Below are positions 46,374-54,987 of a stretch of 56,970 nt of DNA, one piece after another. The stretch is from an uncultured virus (IMG/VR IMGVR_UViG_3300007512_000010) (lineage: Duplodnaviria; Heunggongvirae; Uroviricota; Caudoviricetes). How positions within the stretch are numbered: position 1 is the stretch's first letter; every line of letters starts with the position of its first letter. The stretch lies in IMG/VR virus record IMGVR_UViG_3300007512_000010, positions 62,001-118,970 of that record, one strand, 5' to 3'. Under the pieces are notes generated by a model. The model worked only from the letters and a program-made list of their open reading frames with translations. It had not been told where the DNA came from and ran no database searches. The translations under genes and the position numbers were made by a program.

Positions 46374-47468
46374 ATGAGCGAATTTGAACAGTACTTGTCC
46401 ACAAAAGAAGACGCAGGGGTTACGCCCCATGAGTTGCGAAAAATGGGGGCGACCGCTGCGCATGCGTACATTCAGGAACAAAAGCCTCTGAATGACAGCA
46501 TCCTTGAGATGGTTAAAACCAGCAGCTTAAACCTAGAGCAGGTTAGGCGGATTGTTGAATACGCAAACAACGACACGTTTGGACACTTGTTCAAGGCTGG
46601 GCATGAGAAGAATATCACCTTCCCAATGGCTGACGCGTCAATTGTTATGCAGAAGAAGGGAGAAACCATGTCTAAGGTTGCTTCAAGAAAAGTGCTTCCA
46701 CGGGGACACTATATCCCTGGGCAGGAGTACGTAGACTTAGATGAAGCCTTTGGCGCAAAGGATTTCGAGAAGGCCGCAGAGGCTTCTGGTATTTCTGATT
46801 CTGAACGACACCGTTTAGGGGTAAAGTTTCTTGACCTAAGGGTGGCTCGTGAAAACCACGCGTCTGACGTGGACATTTTGGCAGACACCTTTGCGGTAAA
46901 ACTTTCAGCCCTAAAAGACCTATGCAAAGAGGCGCAGGCCGAAGGGTACTCCACCAGCACAATTGGTGCTGCCATTGAAGACGCCAACCCCTCTGAGGGC
47001 CTACTCGATGTTATTGAGATTGACTTTGGGGATAGGCTTGTAGAGTTCGGATGCAAAGAGAAGTTGGCCTTCCAGGGAATGGCAGTTATGCCAGGGAACC
47101 CAATTACTGGGCTGACCCAGGATTTAGAGGGTGTTTCTGGAAAGCTTGTGACTGCTCAGCAGTCTATGCATCGCGTACAGACTTCGATGACAGAACTTCT
47201 TGGGATTCTTCGTGGGCCAGACCCAGGCCACACAATGGCCAGTGGATTGTTCAATCCAGGCGGTATGGGTTCACAACCCGCCCCTCCACCTACCGGTGCA
47301 GCACCTGCCGCGCCGCCCTCCGGTGGTCCTCCTGCAGGAATGCCCTCCTCTCCTCCCCCTGAGGCTGCTGCTGCACCTGCGGGAGGGCCACCCCCTTCCC
47401 AGGGACCAGTATCTGGAGGCGCTCCCGGTGGCAAGGGCTTGGGTGCACTGTTTGGGGGTAAACGGTAA
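46374..47468 (+). CDS. Putative head protein with K-x-A motifs and a Pro/Gly-rich tail
   Basis: LN..I...LN.EQVRRIVEYAN domain; VKTSS, SKVAS, EKAAE, EKLAF; PPPEAAA tail. Confidence 0.6.
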   Translation: MSEFEQYLSTKEDAGVTPHELRKMGATAAHAYIQEQKPLNDSILEMVKTSSLNLEQVRRIVEYANNDTFGHLFKAGHEKNITFPMADASIVMQKKGETMSKVASRKVLPRGHYIPGQEYVDLDEAFGAKDFEKAAEASGISDSERHRLGVKFLDLRVARENHASDVDILADTFAVKLSALKDLCKEAQAEGYSTSTIGAAIEDANPSEGLLDVIEIDFGDRLVEFGCKEKLAFQGMAVMPGNPITGLTQDLEGVSGKLVTAQQSMHRVQTSMTELLGILRGPDPGHTMASGLFNPGGMGSQPAPPPTGAAPAAPPSGGPPAGMPSSPPPEAAAAPAGGPPPSQGPVSGGAPGGKGLGALFGGKR

Positions 47469-48127
47469 TGGAAGATCGTTTAGCCAAAGCGTGGGCAACA
47501 TTAGGGAGTAATGCGGGACCACCGGTTGATCTGGAGAAGCTCGCCATTGGCGGGCTCGTCAGTGGTGGCCTCCGTCTTGCTGGCCGTGGTAGGGGCGCAT
47601 TAAGAGCGGTTCCGGGTGTTGCGCGTCAAGTAGCTCGGCCTGTCTTACAACGGGGCGCACAAATAGCGGGCGCTGGTGTAGCGTTGGCTCCGGTGGCGAT
47701 GCGGGGCCTCTCCCATGTGGCTCCAGCAGCTAGGCAAGTTGCGACCCACGCACCCGGAGCAGCCGCGCATGGTAGTAGAGGACTAGCTCTTGTAGACCCG
47801 AAGGGTCAACCTGCCCCACCTTCTATGGGCGCGATGCCAAGCCCAGCTTCTCGCGCCTCGGCGGATCTAAAGAAAAGCCTTTTTGATTCCGCAGCCCCTG
47901 ATCAGATAGGAACCCAGGGTTCGGGCAGGCCTAGAAGAAGGGCGGCAAACGACAAAAGAAGAAGATTAGTCGTGCCCGGTGGCAGCACCCCTCCCGCACG
48001 TGGTGGTTTTGGTTCCAGCCCTGGCCCCGCAAGAGGGGGCGCTGCTGAAGAGACTCAGCGGCAGTTGGACGCTAGTCTCCGTGGCACAGTAATCCCCGCT
48101 TCTGCTAGAAACAGAGGTTTCGTATGA
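47468..48127 (+). CDS. Basic Ala/Gly/Arg-rich putative internal protein
   Basis: Acidic leader ending LEKLA followed by a very basic remainder. Confidence 0.55.
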   Translation: MEDRLAKAWATLGSNAGPPVDLEKLAIGGLVSGGLRLAGRGRGALRAVPGVARQVARPVLQRGAQIAGAGVALAPVAMRGLSHVAPAARQVATHAPGAAAHGSRGLALVDPKGQPAPPSMGAMPSPASRASADLKKSLFDSAAPDQIGTQGSGRPRRRAANDKRRRLVVPGGSTPPARGGFGSSPGPARGGAAEETQRQLDASLRGTVIPASARNRGFV

Positions 48128-48843
48128 GTTTAGTGCACACACTACCCGTGGCAAAGCGTTCGACACTTAACGTACGTCCCCATGAGAAGCAGCAAAACAA
48201 GCACAAGCTTGCTATGGAACTTCGAAAGGTTGCTGGCCCCGGTGAACAGGCTGGGGGGTGGGTTAATAGAAACATCCTCGATAGGAGTATCGGAGGACAC
48301 TCTCTTCGGTCGGTCACCCAAGGGGTTAACCAAGGTCTGTGGTCAGGCCCCTCTGAGCTAGCTGCTACTCCTTTTAGGAGAGGGGCCGATAAAGCCAAAG
48401 AGATCCTTTTAGGAAAGCGCTCCACGGAAGGCGTCCATGCAGGTAAACGTCTCCACTCTTTAGCAACGGGTAATGCGGCTAAAGACATAGCGGCTGGCAA
48501 TATTACACCTGTATCCAAAGAGGTCGCTGACGAGATTTTGTCTGGTAGAGCGAAGGGCCAAATAACCAAAGGAAGTGTGGGCGGGAAAACCGTCTACTAC
48601 AAAACCAAGTTTAGGCCGAAGGGTGTTGTTGGTTGGGGCATGAAAAACCCAGGCAAAATGGGCCTTGCGGCACTTGCTGCATACATGCTCTTGAAGCCAG
48701 AAGCTCGACAGACTGCTGGTAGCGTAGCTAGCGGCTTTGTACCCAGGGGTCCAAAAGGACCCACAGAAGAGTTCCAGCGGGAGTGGGCACCAAAACAACA
48801 ACAATCAGCAAGGCCTGCTCTTCAGCAACAGGCATGGGGTTAA
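48124..48843 (+). CDS. Basic putative internal protein with a C-terminal hydrophobic helix
   Basis: ELRKVAG near the N-terminus; MGLAALAAYMLL. Confidence 0.55.
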   Translation: MSLVHTLPVAKRSTLNVRPHEKQQNKHKLAMELRKVAGPGEQAGGWVNRNILDRSIGGHSLRSVTQGVNQGLWSGPSELAATPFRRGADKAKEILLGKRSTEGVHAGKRLHSLATGNAAKDIAAGNITPVSKEVADEILSGRAKGQITKGSVGGKTVYYKTKFRPKGVVGWGMKNPGKMGLAALAAYMLLKPEARQTAGSVASGFVPRGPKGPTEEFQREWAPKQQQSARPALQQQAWG

Positions 48844-48844
48844 A

Positions 48845-49957
48845 ATGGACATCACAACCAAAATAAGATTACTTGAGAAGCTTGCTCAGCCACCAATGCC
48901 CCCACAAGGAATGCCCCCACAGGGGCCTCCCCCCGAAGCGGCGGCTCAGGCAGGACCTCCACCAGAAGCCGCTGCCCCTTCACCAGAAGGAGGGCCTCCT
49001 CCGGGAATGGTTCCCAAAGCACCAGAAGATATGCCCGGTGGTGATCCTGAAGGTGCCGAAGAGAAGCTGAAGACCCTGATGGAGATCTTAGCTGACTCCG
49101 CTCCCGATGCCGTCAAGTTTGATGCGGGTAATTCAGCGGCTGGTTCTAGACTTCGTAAGAAGGCTCTCCAAGCTGCTAAGCAGTTGAAGTCTCTCCGTGC
49201 AGAAGTCCAGAGCACGAAAGGTGTCCGTAAAGAGGAGAAGGCCCAAGCCCTTGCAGCGATGATGCAACAACAGCAGCAGGCTGCTCAGGCACAAGCTCAA
49301 GCTGAACAGGCTCAGGCCCGTGCCCCCGCCGACAAGTTATTCCAGCCCAGTGAGGGTGGACAACCCCCGGCACCTGCCCAGGCCGCTCCTCAAGGAATGC
49401 CCGCCCAAATGCAACCAAAGATGGCTTCGCTCGATAAAGAAGCAGGTCGTCTACAGGCACTAAGGGCTGCACTTGGACGTCGAGTAGGTGGTTTTGGGAG
49501 ACGTTTTGGGATCAATGTTGATCCGTCGCAGGGTGGGATGTTGTCTCGCCGTGTAGCAGACCTGTCTACTGGCGAAAAGGTTCTGGGTCTTGGTCTGGGC
49601 GCTGCTGGCTTAACTGCTGGTATCAGGGGCGCTGACGCAGCCATTGATTCGATTGGAGGGCCTATCCGTCAACGGAAGGCTTTCAATGCGATGATGGATG
49701 AGAACCCCAACCTCAAGAAAGAAGACCAAGGCGACGTAAAGAAGATCTTCCGCACGCTGCACACCTTCAACCCCGACATGGCCAAGGATCCACTGGTAGC
49801 CGGGTCGTTCATGCGCCGATCCTTGCAATACAAGGATGAAGGAATCCAGCCGCAGGATGTGAAGACTTTAGCTGAGATCAACAAGATGAGGTCTGACTCC
49901 AGGGGTAAGGAATCTCTTCTTCAGGCAATGATGGGGGCTGCTGCCGGTGGCGGATGA
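48845..49957 (+). CDS. Modular head protein: Pro/Gln linker, Hc1 histone-like domain, TM-like helix and C-terminal helical domain
   Basis: Start revised to ATG 48845; DAVKFDAGNSAAGSRLRKKAL..KQLKSLRAEV; LEKLA, PKMAS, DKEAG. Confidence 0.6.
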   Translation: MDITTKIRLLEKLAQPPMPPQGMPPQGPPPEAAAQAGPPPEAAAPSPEGGPPPGMVPKAPEDMPGGDPEGAEEKLKTLMEILADSAPDAVKFDAGNSAAGSRLRKKALQAAKQLKSLRAEVQSTKGVRKEEKAQALAAMMQQQQQAAQAQAQAEQAQARAPADKLFQPSEGGQPPAPAQAAPQGMPAQMQPKMASLDKEAGRLQALRAALGRRVGGFGRRFGINVDPSQGGMLSRRVADLSTGEKVLGLGLGAAGLTAGIRGADAAIDSIGGPIRQRKAFNAMMDENPNLKKEDQGDVKKIFRTLHTFNPDMAKDPLVAGSFMRRSLQYKDEGIQPQDVKTLAEINKMRSDSRGKESLLQAMMGAAAGGG

Positions 49958-50681
49958 GGGTAAAACTACCCTGTATGAAAAGCTAACTGGGGCACCCGGA
50001 AAGGCTTTAACGTCAGGGGCCGTAACGGCTGGAACGCTTATCGCAATGCGAAAGGCGTTAGGCACCCGTGCGGCTCGTGCCATCACTAGCAAGGTTTTTG
50101 AGCGGGCTAGCCGTCTTCCCCTTAAAAGGAACAGACAACTAGAGCTTGGCTTTGGTCCATCTACAAGGGCCAATGCTGCGATAAATAAGACGCTTGCTTC
50201 TGGTGGCCTTCTAAGTAAGGGGAGTATAGGTACTGCTACCGCTCTTGGTGCGGGACTTTCTGGGTTGACTGCCAAGTTCGAGAGGAAAGCTTACGCCGAT
50301 AACTTGGCACATAAGATTCAGGCCGGTAAAAAACTCAGTCGCTCTGAGAAAGAGGCGTTGTCGCGGGTGGCGGATATCCGTAGATTCCCTAAGCGTTCTC
50401 GGATAAAGTCCACAGGCCTCCAAAAGGCAGAAGACATCTATTGGTCTCCCAAAAAGATGGGCTTAACAGCAGCAGCAATTACAGCCGTAATGCCGGGATC
50501 AGCGCTGGCTAGGGCGGGTGGAGCCGTGTTAAACAGTTCGACTTCCGCCGCAGATACAAAGTATAGAGGGTTTATTATGGCTAAGGCTCTCCGTGATAGA
50601 CTAGATAAGAAGCGAAAACTGCTCCCGAGCGAGCGCCGTCTTCTTAAGACTATCCAAGGGTTGGGAGCTTCGAATGCTTAA
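49947..50681 (+). CDS. Highly basic putative internal protein with hydrophobic Gly/Ala segments
   Basis: K/R-rich; GTATALGAGLSGL, MGLTAAAITAV; overlaps the protease start. Confidence 0.55.
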   Translation: MADEGKTTLYEKLTGAPGKALTSGAVTAGTLIAMRKALGTRAARAITSKVFERASRLPLKRNRQLELGFGPSTRANAAINKTLASGGLLSKGSIGTATALGAGLSGLTAKFERKAYADNLAHKIQAGKKLSRSEKEALSRVADIRRFPKRSRIKSTGLQKAEDIYWSPKKMGLTAAAITAVMPGSALARAGGAVLNSSTSAADTKYRGFIMAKALRDRLDKKRKLLPSERRLLKTIQGLGASNA

Positions 50682-52359
50682 GTTACTCACATTCCCCGGA
50701 TCAGATGAAGATGGAAACATCTTTGTGCAGGCCATTAATCCAACCGAGGGGTTGGTAAAGCAGGCCTCTCACTCAGACCTCCACGATACGATTAAAAGCC
50801 ACATTGATGGGATCAGTCCGTCAGACAAACACTTGTATGTTCTAGTTAATGCTCTCGGTGCCGGTGAGTATTACGGTAGTAATATCAATGGGGACTATTT
50901 TGAGGAGTCCGAACTCGCTCCCAAAACAGACACTGAGCTTTCGGGGTACAAAACGTTCAAGAAGTCTGGTGTGTACAGGCACCACAAAAACAAAGACATC
51001 AGCCGCTCTATGGGGGAGATTGTTTGTGCTTGTTACAACCCCGTTATGCACAGAGTCGAGTTGATCATTCGAATTGATCGAGAAAAAGCTTCCGAAGTGG
51101 GGCATGAGGATTTAGTTCGAAAGTTGGATGCTGGTGAGCATCCCGCTGTCAGTATGGGGTGTAAGGTAAAGTACGATGTCTGCTCGATCTGTGGGCATAA
51201 GTCCAAGACGAGAAAAGACTACTGCGTACACACCAAGACTATGATGGGCAAAATCTTTCCGGATGGTAGAAAGGTGTTTGTCTACAACCCCCGACCTAGA
51301 TTCTTTGACATTAGTTTTGTCATCATAGGGGCAGACAGAACTAGTTATGCAATGGCTAAAGTGGCTTCTGTCTTCGGTGGTTCTTCCGCCCTAGCCGCTG
51401 AAACTGGGGGTCTTCGGGATGGGGTTGCTCTTGAGTCTCTTCGGGAGAAGTTGGCTAACAAGAGGAAAACTTCTGAATTGTTGAAGCAGGTCCCCGCCTT
51501 GTCTGCGAAGCACATAAAGCCAGTTGCCGACACAGAACCAGATCTCAAGACCAGCCTTCTTGATAGATTAGCTAGGCATCCGGTAGAGAAAGTATTAACT
51601 ACTGCATCTGCTGGTGGAATTGTGTTAAAGCCTAAGGAGTATCAGAGAATAATACTCATTAGGATCGGAAGACCTAGTTTGGCAAATCGTCTCGACAATG
51701 CAGGACACGTATTCAATCCGTCGCCAATGGTGGATAAGAGCATCCGAATTGGTGCTCCATCTGACCATTCCTCTTTAATAAGAAATCTGTTATTAAATTC
51801 CGTACAACAACGGAGTATGTTTGAGCCCGTATTGCGCAAACGTATAATTATCATTAAATCCACAGGGGCTTCTACAAACCCCCAAGCACAGCGTATGCTG
51901 GGTATGCGGAAACTTGGAGAAACCAATGTTGATCTCACAGACGAAGAAAATGCTCTTCTTAGTAAGATCGCAGCAGGTTACAATGGGTACCGCGAACAAT
52001 TATTGGAGAAAATAGGCTCCATAGTTGAGGATATTACCAGAGGTGATATAAAGTTGCTTTCTACAATCGACAATGGCGTGGAACTAGAAGACGCATTTAT
52101 GGGACACGAACTTACCAAAGAGGGAAAAGGGCTACCTAGTGCTCTCTTGGGAGTGTTTCCACTTATGTATCTTTACGGGGCCAACGTTCGAAAGAAGCGA
52201 GGTTCCGGACAGGACATCAGCGCACTTGATCGATTTGTGGAGCGACATCCAATCTTGGCAACCTCTGTACTGGTAGGGCTGACTCGTCTAGGGCTTAAGG
52301 CTCATAGTAAGGGTCATCTCGGTAGAGCTTGGGAGAAGGCAATTGCTAAGATTGATTAA
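50674..52359 (+). CDS. Prohead maturation protease (HK97/herpes assemblin fold) with a Zn-finger insert and long C-terminal extension
   Basis: NINGDYF, YRHHKN (His), AVSMGC (Ser), CSICGH..YCVH, and FFDISFVIIGAD (compare HK97-type E-x-S-x-V..PA); upstream of the scaffold-like and capsid genes. Confidence 0.75.
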   Translation: MLKLLTFPGSDEDGNIFVQAINPTEGLVKQASHSDLHDTIKSHIDGISPSDKHLYVLVNALGAGEYYGSNINGDYFEESELAPKTDTELSGYKTFKKSGVYRHHKNKDISRSMGEIVCACYNPVMHRVELIIRIDREKASEVGHEDLVRKLDAGEHPAVSMGCKVKYDVCSICGHKSKTRKDYCVHTKTMMGKIFPDGRKVFVYNPRPRFFDISFVIIGADRTSYAMAKVASVFGGSSALAAETGGLRDGVALESLREKLANKRKTSELLKQVPALSAKHIKPVADTEPDLKTSLLDRLARHPVEKVLTTASAGGIVLKPKEYQRIILIRIGRPSLANRLDNAGHVFNPSPMVDKSIRIGAPSDHSSLIRNLLLNSVQQRSMFEPVLRKRIIIIKSTGASTNPQAQRMLGMRKLGETNVDLTDEENALLSKIAAGYNGYREQLLEKIGSIVEDITRGDIKLLSTIDNGVELEDAFMGHELTKEGKGLPSALLGVFPLMYLYGANVRKKRGSGQDISALDRFVERHPILATSVLVGLTRLGLKAHSKGHLGRAWEKAIAKID

Positions 52360-52459
52360 TCGCCATGAGGTATTTAGGCCGAATATTCAGCCGAAGATGG
52401 TGCCTTGGCAAAGTAACGAGTGCAAACTAAACCTGAAAACACCCTAGGAGGGTACTAAA

Positions 52460-53113
52460 ATGAACGAATTGCTTGCACAGGCATACGGAACCGAGGCTAA
52501 CATTCAGGCCAACTCCGGTGACACGGAGAAGACTGCTGAGGCCGTCCTTTTGGAAGAACTTGAGAAGATCGCTACCGCTGAAGGTATCGACCTTAATGAG
52601 TTTGACGACAACGATATTCTTGAGATCATCACCGAGGCTATGGGTGAGACGGAGAAGACCGCCGCCGCTGAAGGCGACGAGACCACGGAGACCACGGAGA
52701 CCACTGAGGGTGGTGAGGTAGAGGAAGGCGAGGCCAAGTTGGCTGAAGCTGATTTCCTTGGCCGCACTATGGCTCATGCGTTCTACGATGAACTCACGTC
52801 CATTCAGACCGATGGCACTGAGAAGACTGCTGGCGCTCGTAAGAGCGACCACTTTCTGAAGACTGCTGGCGACGAGGCTGTAGCGGGTGAGCCCGAGATT
52901 AGCCCCGAAGTAATGCAGCAGTTTGAAGATGCTGCGCTGACTCGCGCCCAGGAGATCCTCGACTTCATCGATACCGATGGTACGTCGAAGCAGTCCTCTG
53001 CTTTTGACGACGAGGAGCTTGAGACGGCTGTGATGTCGCGTGCCGGTGAGCTTCTTAACGAAGCTGGCTACGACGTCAACGCTATCGCCCAGGCCATCTA
53101 CGGGGATCAGTAA
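52460..53113 (+). CDS. Very acidic scaffold-like protein, densely K-x-A-marked
   Basis: AGGAGG RBS; EKTAE, EKIAT, EKTAA, AKLAE, EKTAG, LKTAG, SKQSS. Confidence 0.6.
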   Translation: MNELLAQAYGTEANIQANSGDTEKTAEAVLLEELEKIATAEGIDLNEFDDNDILEIITEAMGETEKTAAAEGDETTETTETTEGGEVEEGEAKLAEADFLGRTMAHAFYDELTSIQTDGTEKTAGARKSDHFLKTAGDEAVAGEPEISPEVMQQFEDAALTRAQEILDFIDTDGTSKQSSAFDDEELETAVMSRAGELLNEAGYDVNAIAQAIYGDQ

Positions 53114-53226
53114 GCGAACTATGTTGGGTAAGCACTCAGAATTAACTAATTTAATTGGTAGATACGGTTTGCTTACTCTATTAGTCCGTAATATTATTGA
53201 ACCTAGCCACAGAAGTACAATGAGAG

Positions 53227-53257
53227 ACCCCCTGGCTGGGGAAACTCAGCCAGGGGT
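53227..53257 (+). other. GNRA-tetraloop stem-loop in the intergenic/5' leader region
   Basis: ACCCCCTGGCTGGG-GAAA-CTCAGCCAGGGGT. Confidence 0.6.
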
Positions 53258-53279
53258 TATCCCCAGGAGATAGGGAAAA

Positions 53280-54023
53280 ATGTCATCTTTAGACACACTC
53301 ATTCAAAAACTTGCTGGGGCGAACTCTTCTGTTTCTGCGGCAGAACCGATTGTTGAAGAAGCAACGGTTTTATCTGATTCATTAACTGATCCGGTTTTCG
53401 TAGAGAAATTGGCTTCTGCGGTAGACTTTATCGTGGACCAGTATCCAAATCAGCAAGAAGAGCCCCAAACGCAAGTATCCGAAACCGCAGCGCCTGTTGC
53501 TTCTGAAGTCACAGAAGAAACGCCTGTGGTTGAAAACGTTTCCCAAATTTCCGATCTTATGCGTGAGCGCCTACAAGCGCAGCTAGCTAAGAAGACGGAA
53601 ACGGAAACCGTAGAAGAAGATCAGCAGGCTTCGCAGGTTGCCCAAAATGTATTAGGCAGACTGCTAGCCCTACGATCTGGTTCTTCAGAAGAAGAGACTG
53701 AGGTTGAGGAGAAGCCCGAAACGGCTTCTGTTGAGCCCTTAGAGGAAGCTTTTGAAACCAGCCCTTATAGTAACGACGAACCCGAAGTTTCGAATGAAGC
53801 TTCATCCGAGGAAGAGGTCAAGGCTGCAAGCGTTGATCAAAGCCTCGCTGATGTGCTGAATGCAGCACTTAGCTCTGACGAACAAGTTCAGGAGAGTGTC
53901 CCAGATGAGGATGCGAAGACTGCTGGCGTTCGTGGTGGCAACGGGCCGAAAGCCCGTAAACAAGGTGTAGAGGTTCTCAAAGAGAAACTCCTCGCCACTG
54001 TCGGTAAGGAGGCACAGTCATGA
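53280..54023 (+). CDS. Very acidic scaffold-like protein
   Basis: E/S/T-rich; QKLAG, EKLAS, VKAAS, AKTAG. Confidence 0.6.
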   Translation: MSSLDTLIQKLAGANSSVSAAEPIVEEATVLSDSLTDPVFVEKLASAVDFIVDQYPNQQEEPQTQVSETAAPVASEVTEETPVVENVSQISDLMRERLQAQLAKKTETETVEEDQQASQVAQNVLGRLLALRSGSSEEETEVEEKPETASVEPLEEAFETSPYSNDEPEVSNEASSEEEVKAASVDQSLADVLNAALSSDEQVQESVPDEDAKTAGVRGGNGPKARKQGVEVLKEKLLATVGKEAQS

Positions 54024-54367
54024 GCACAATGGACCCAACTTCAACCAAGGAAGTCCTCTCGCAGGTTCCCGATGTTCTTCGGGCGCTTGTAGAAGAGAAC
54101 ACCAAGCTCGCAACTGCTTTGGCAGATTTTGAGCAACGGGAGAAAGCGGAAGAAATCGTGAGCATGATGGATGCCCGTGGATTCTCTGACAAAGCCGTTC
54201 CTTTTAAGAAGAAGGTAGCTGCATTGCTAGCTTCTAAGAAGGATCTGGAAGTAGTCAAAGAAGCATTGGCCCTATCCGCACCCGACTTGTCCTTTGCATC
54301 TATTTCCGATGTGCCTGAAAACACAGATGCAACTTCCGCCTTCGAGAATTTCCTTCTCGGAGACTAA
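54020..54367 (+). CDS. Small coiled-coil head assembly/scaffold-like protein
   Basis: AAGGAGG RBS; coiled coil; C-terminal FENFLLG; two genes before the MCP. Confidence 0.6.
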   Translation: MSTMDPTSTKEVLSQVPDVLRALVEENTKLATALADFEQREKAEEIVSMMDARGFSDKAVPFKKKVAALLASKKDLEVVKEALALSAPDLSFASISDVPENTDATSAFENFLLGD

Positions 54368-54392
54368 CTAAACCAATTGTAGGAGAACCAAA

Positions 54393-54974
54393 ATGGCATT
54401 TAATGATACTGTCATGGAGGCCAGCAAAAGGCGGAACGTCAGCCCCACCACGTCAACCCTCAAGATGCTTGTTGAGGATATGGATGCTAGTGGGTTTGCC
54501 GAAATGCCCGAAGATGGCCAATTTATTGTAGCGCTTCCCGGTGCGGAAGCTGCTACTTGTACTGCATACGCAGCGAGTTCCAATGCTCTAGGAGAGCTTG
54601 GTGGCGCACTGCGTATGGTGTGGGCTTCCGCCCGCCGTTCGGATCGTCAGGCTCTGGGAGACCAGAAGTGCCCGGTGATCATGCACGGTGGCGGTCGTTT
54701 CCGGATGAAGACCTTTCTCACCGATGGCAATGCGCCTTCGACTGATGGGTACACGGCCGGAGCCGCACTTACCGTTGCCGCCCCTAGCGGCGCTCACCGT
54801 GGTACGGCTAACCGCCTGTTTCTTGCCCCTGTGCAGGAATCGGGTGGCGTAGCTGCCTGGGTCGTCGGATACGTCGTTCGCGTCGTAAACGATTCCGCCA
54901 CTTCTGGAACTGGAGAGATTGAGGTCATGCTCTACTCCGAACCCAGAATCATCGAAGACAACGCTCAAGCTTAA
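54393..54974 (+). CDS. Putative head decoration/cement protein
   Basis: Immediately upstream of the MCP; beta-rich with GY.AG..LTV and VVGYV.RV patterns typical of decoration proteins. Confidence 0.55.
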   Translation: MAFNDTVMEASKRRNVSPTTSTLKMLVEDMDASGFAEMPEDGQFIVALPGAEAATCTAYAASSNALGELGGALRMVWASARRSDRQALGDQKCPVIMHGGGRFRMKTFLTDGNAPSTDGYTAGAALTVAAPSGAHRGTANRLFLAPVQESGGVAAWVVGYVVRVVNDSATSGTGEIEVMLYSEPRIIEDNAQA

Positions 54975-54987
54975 GGAGGGCTAAATC

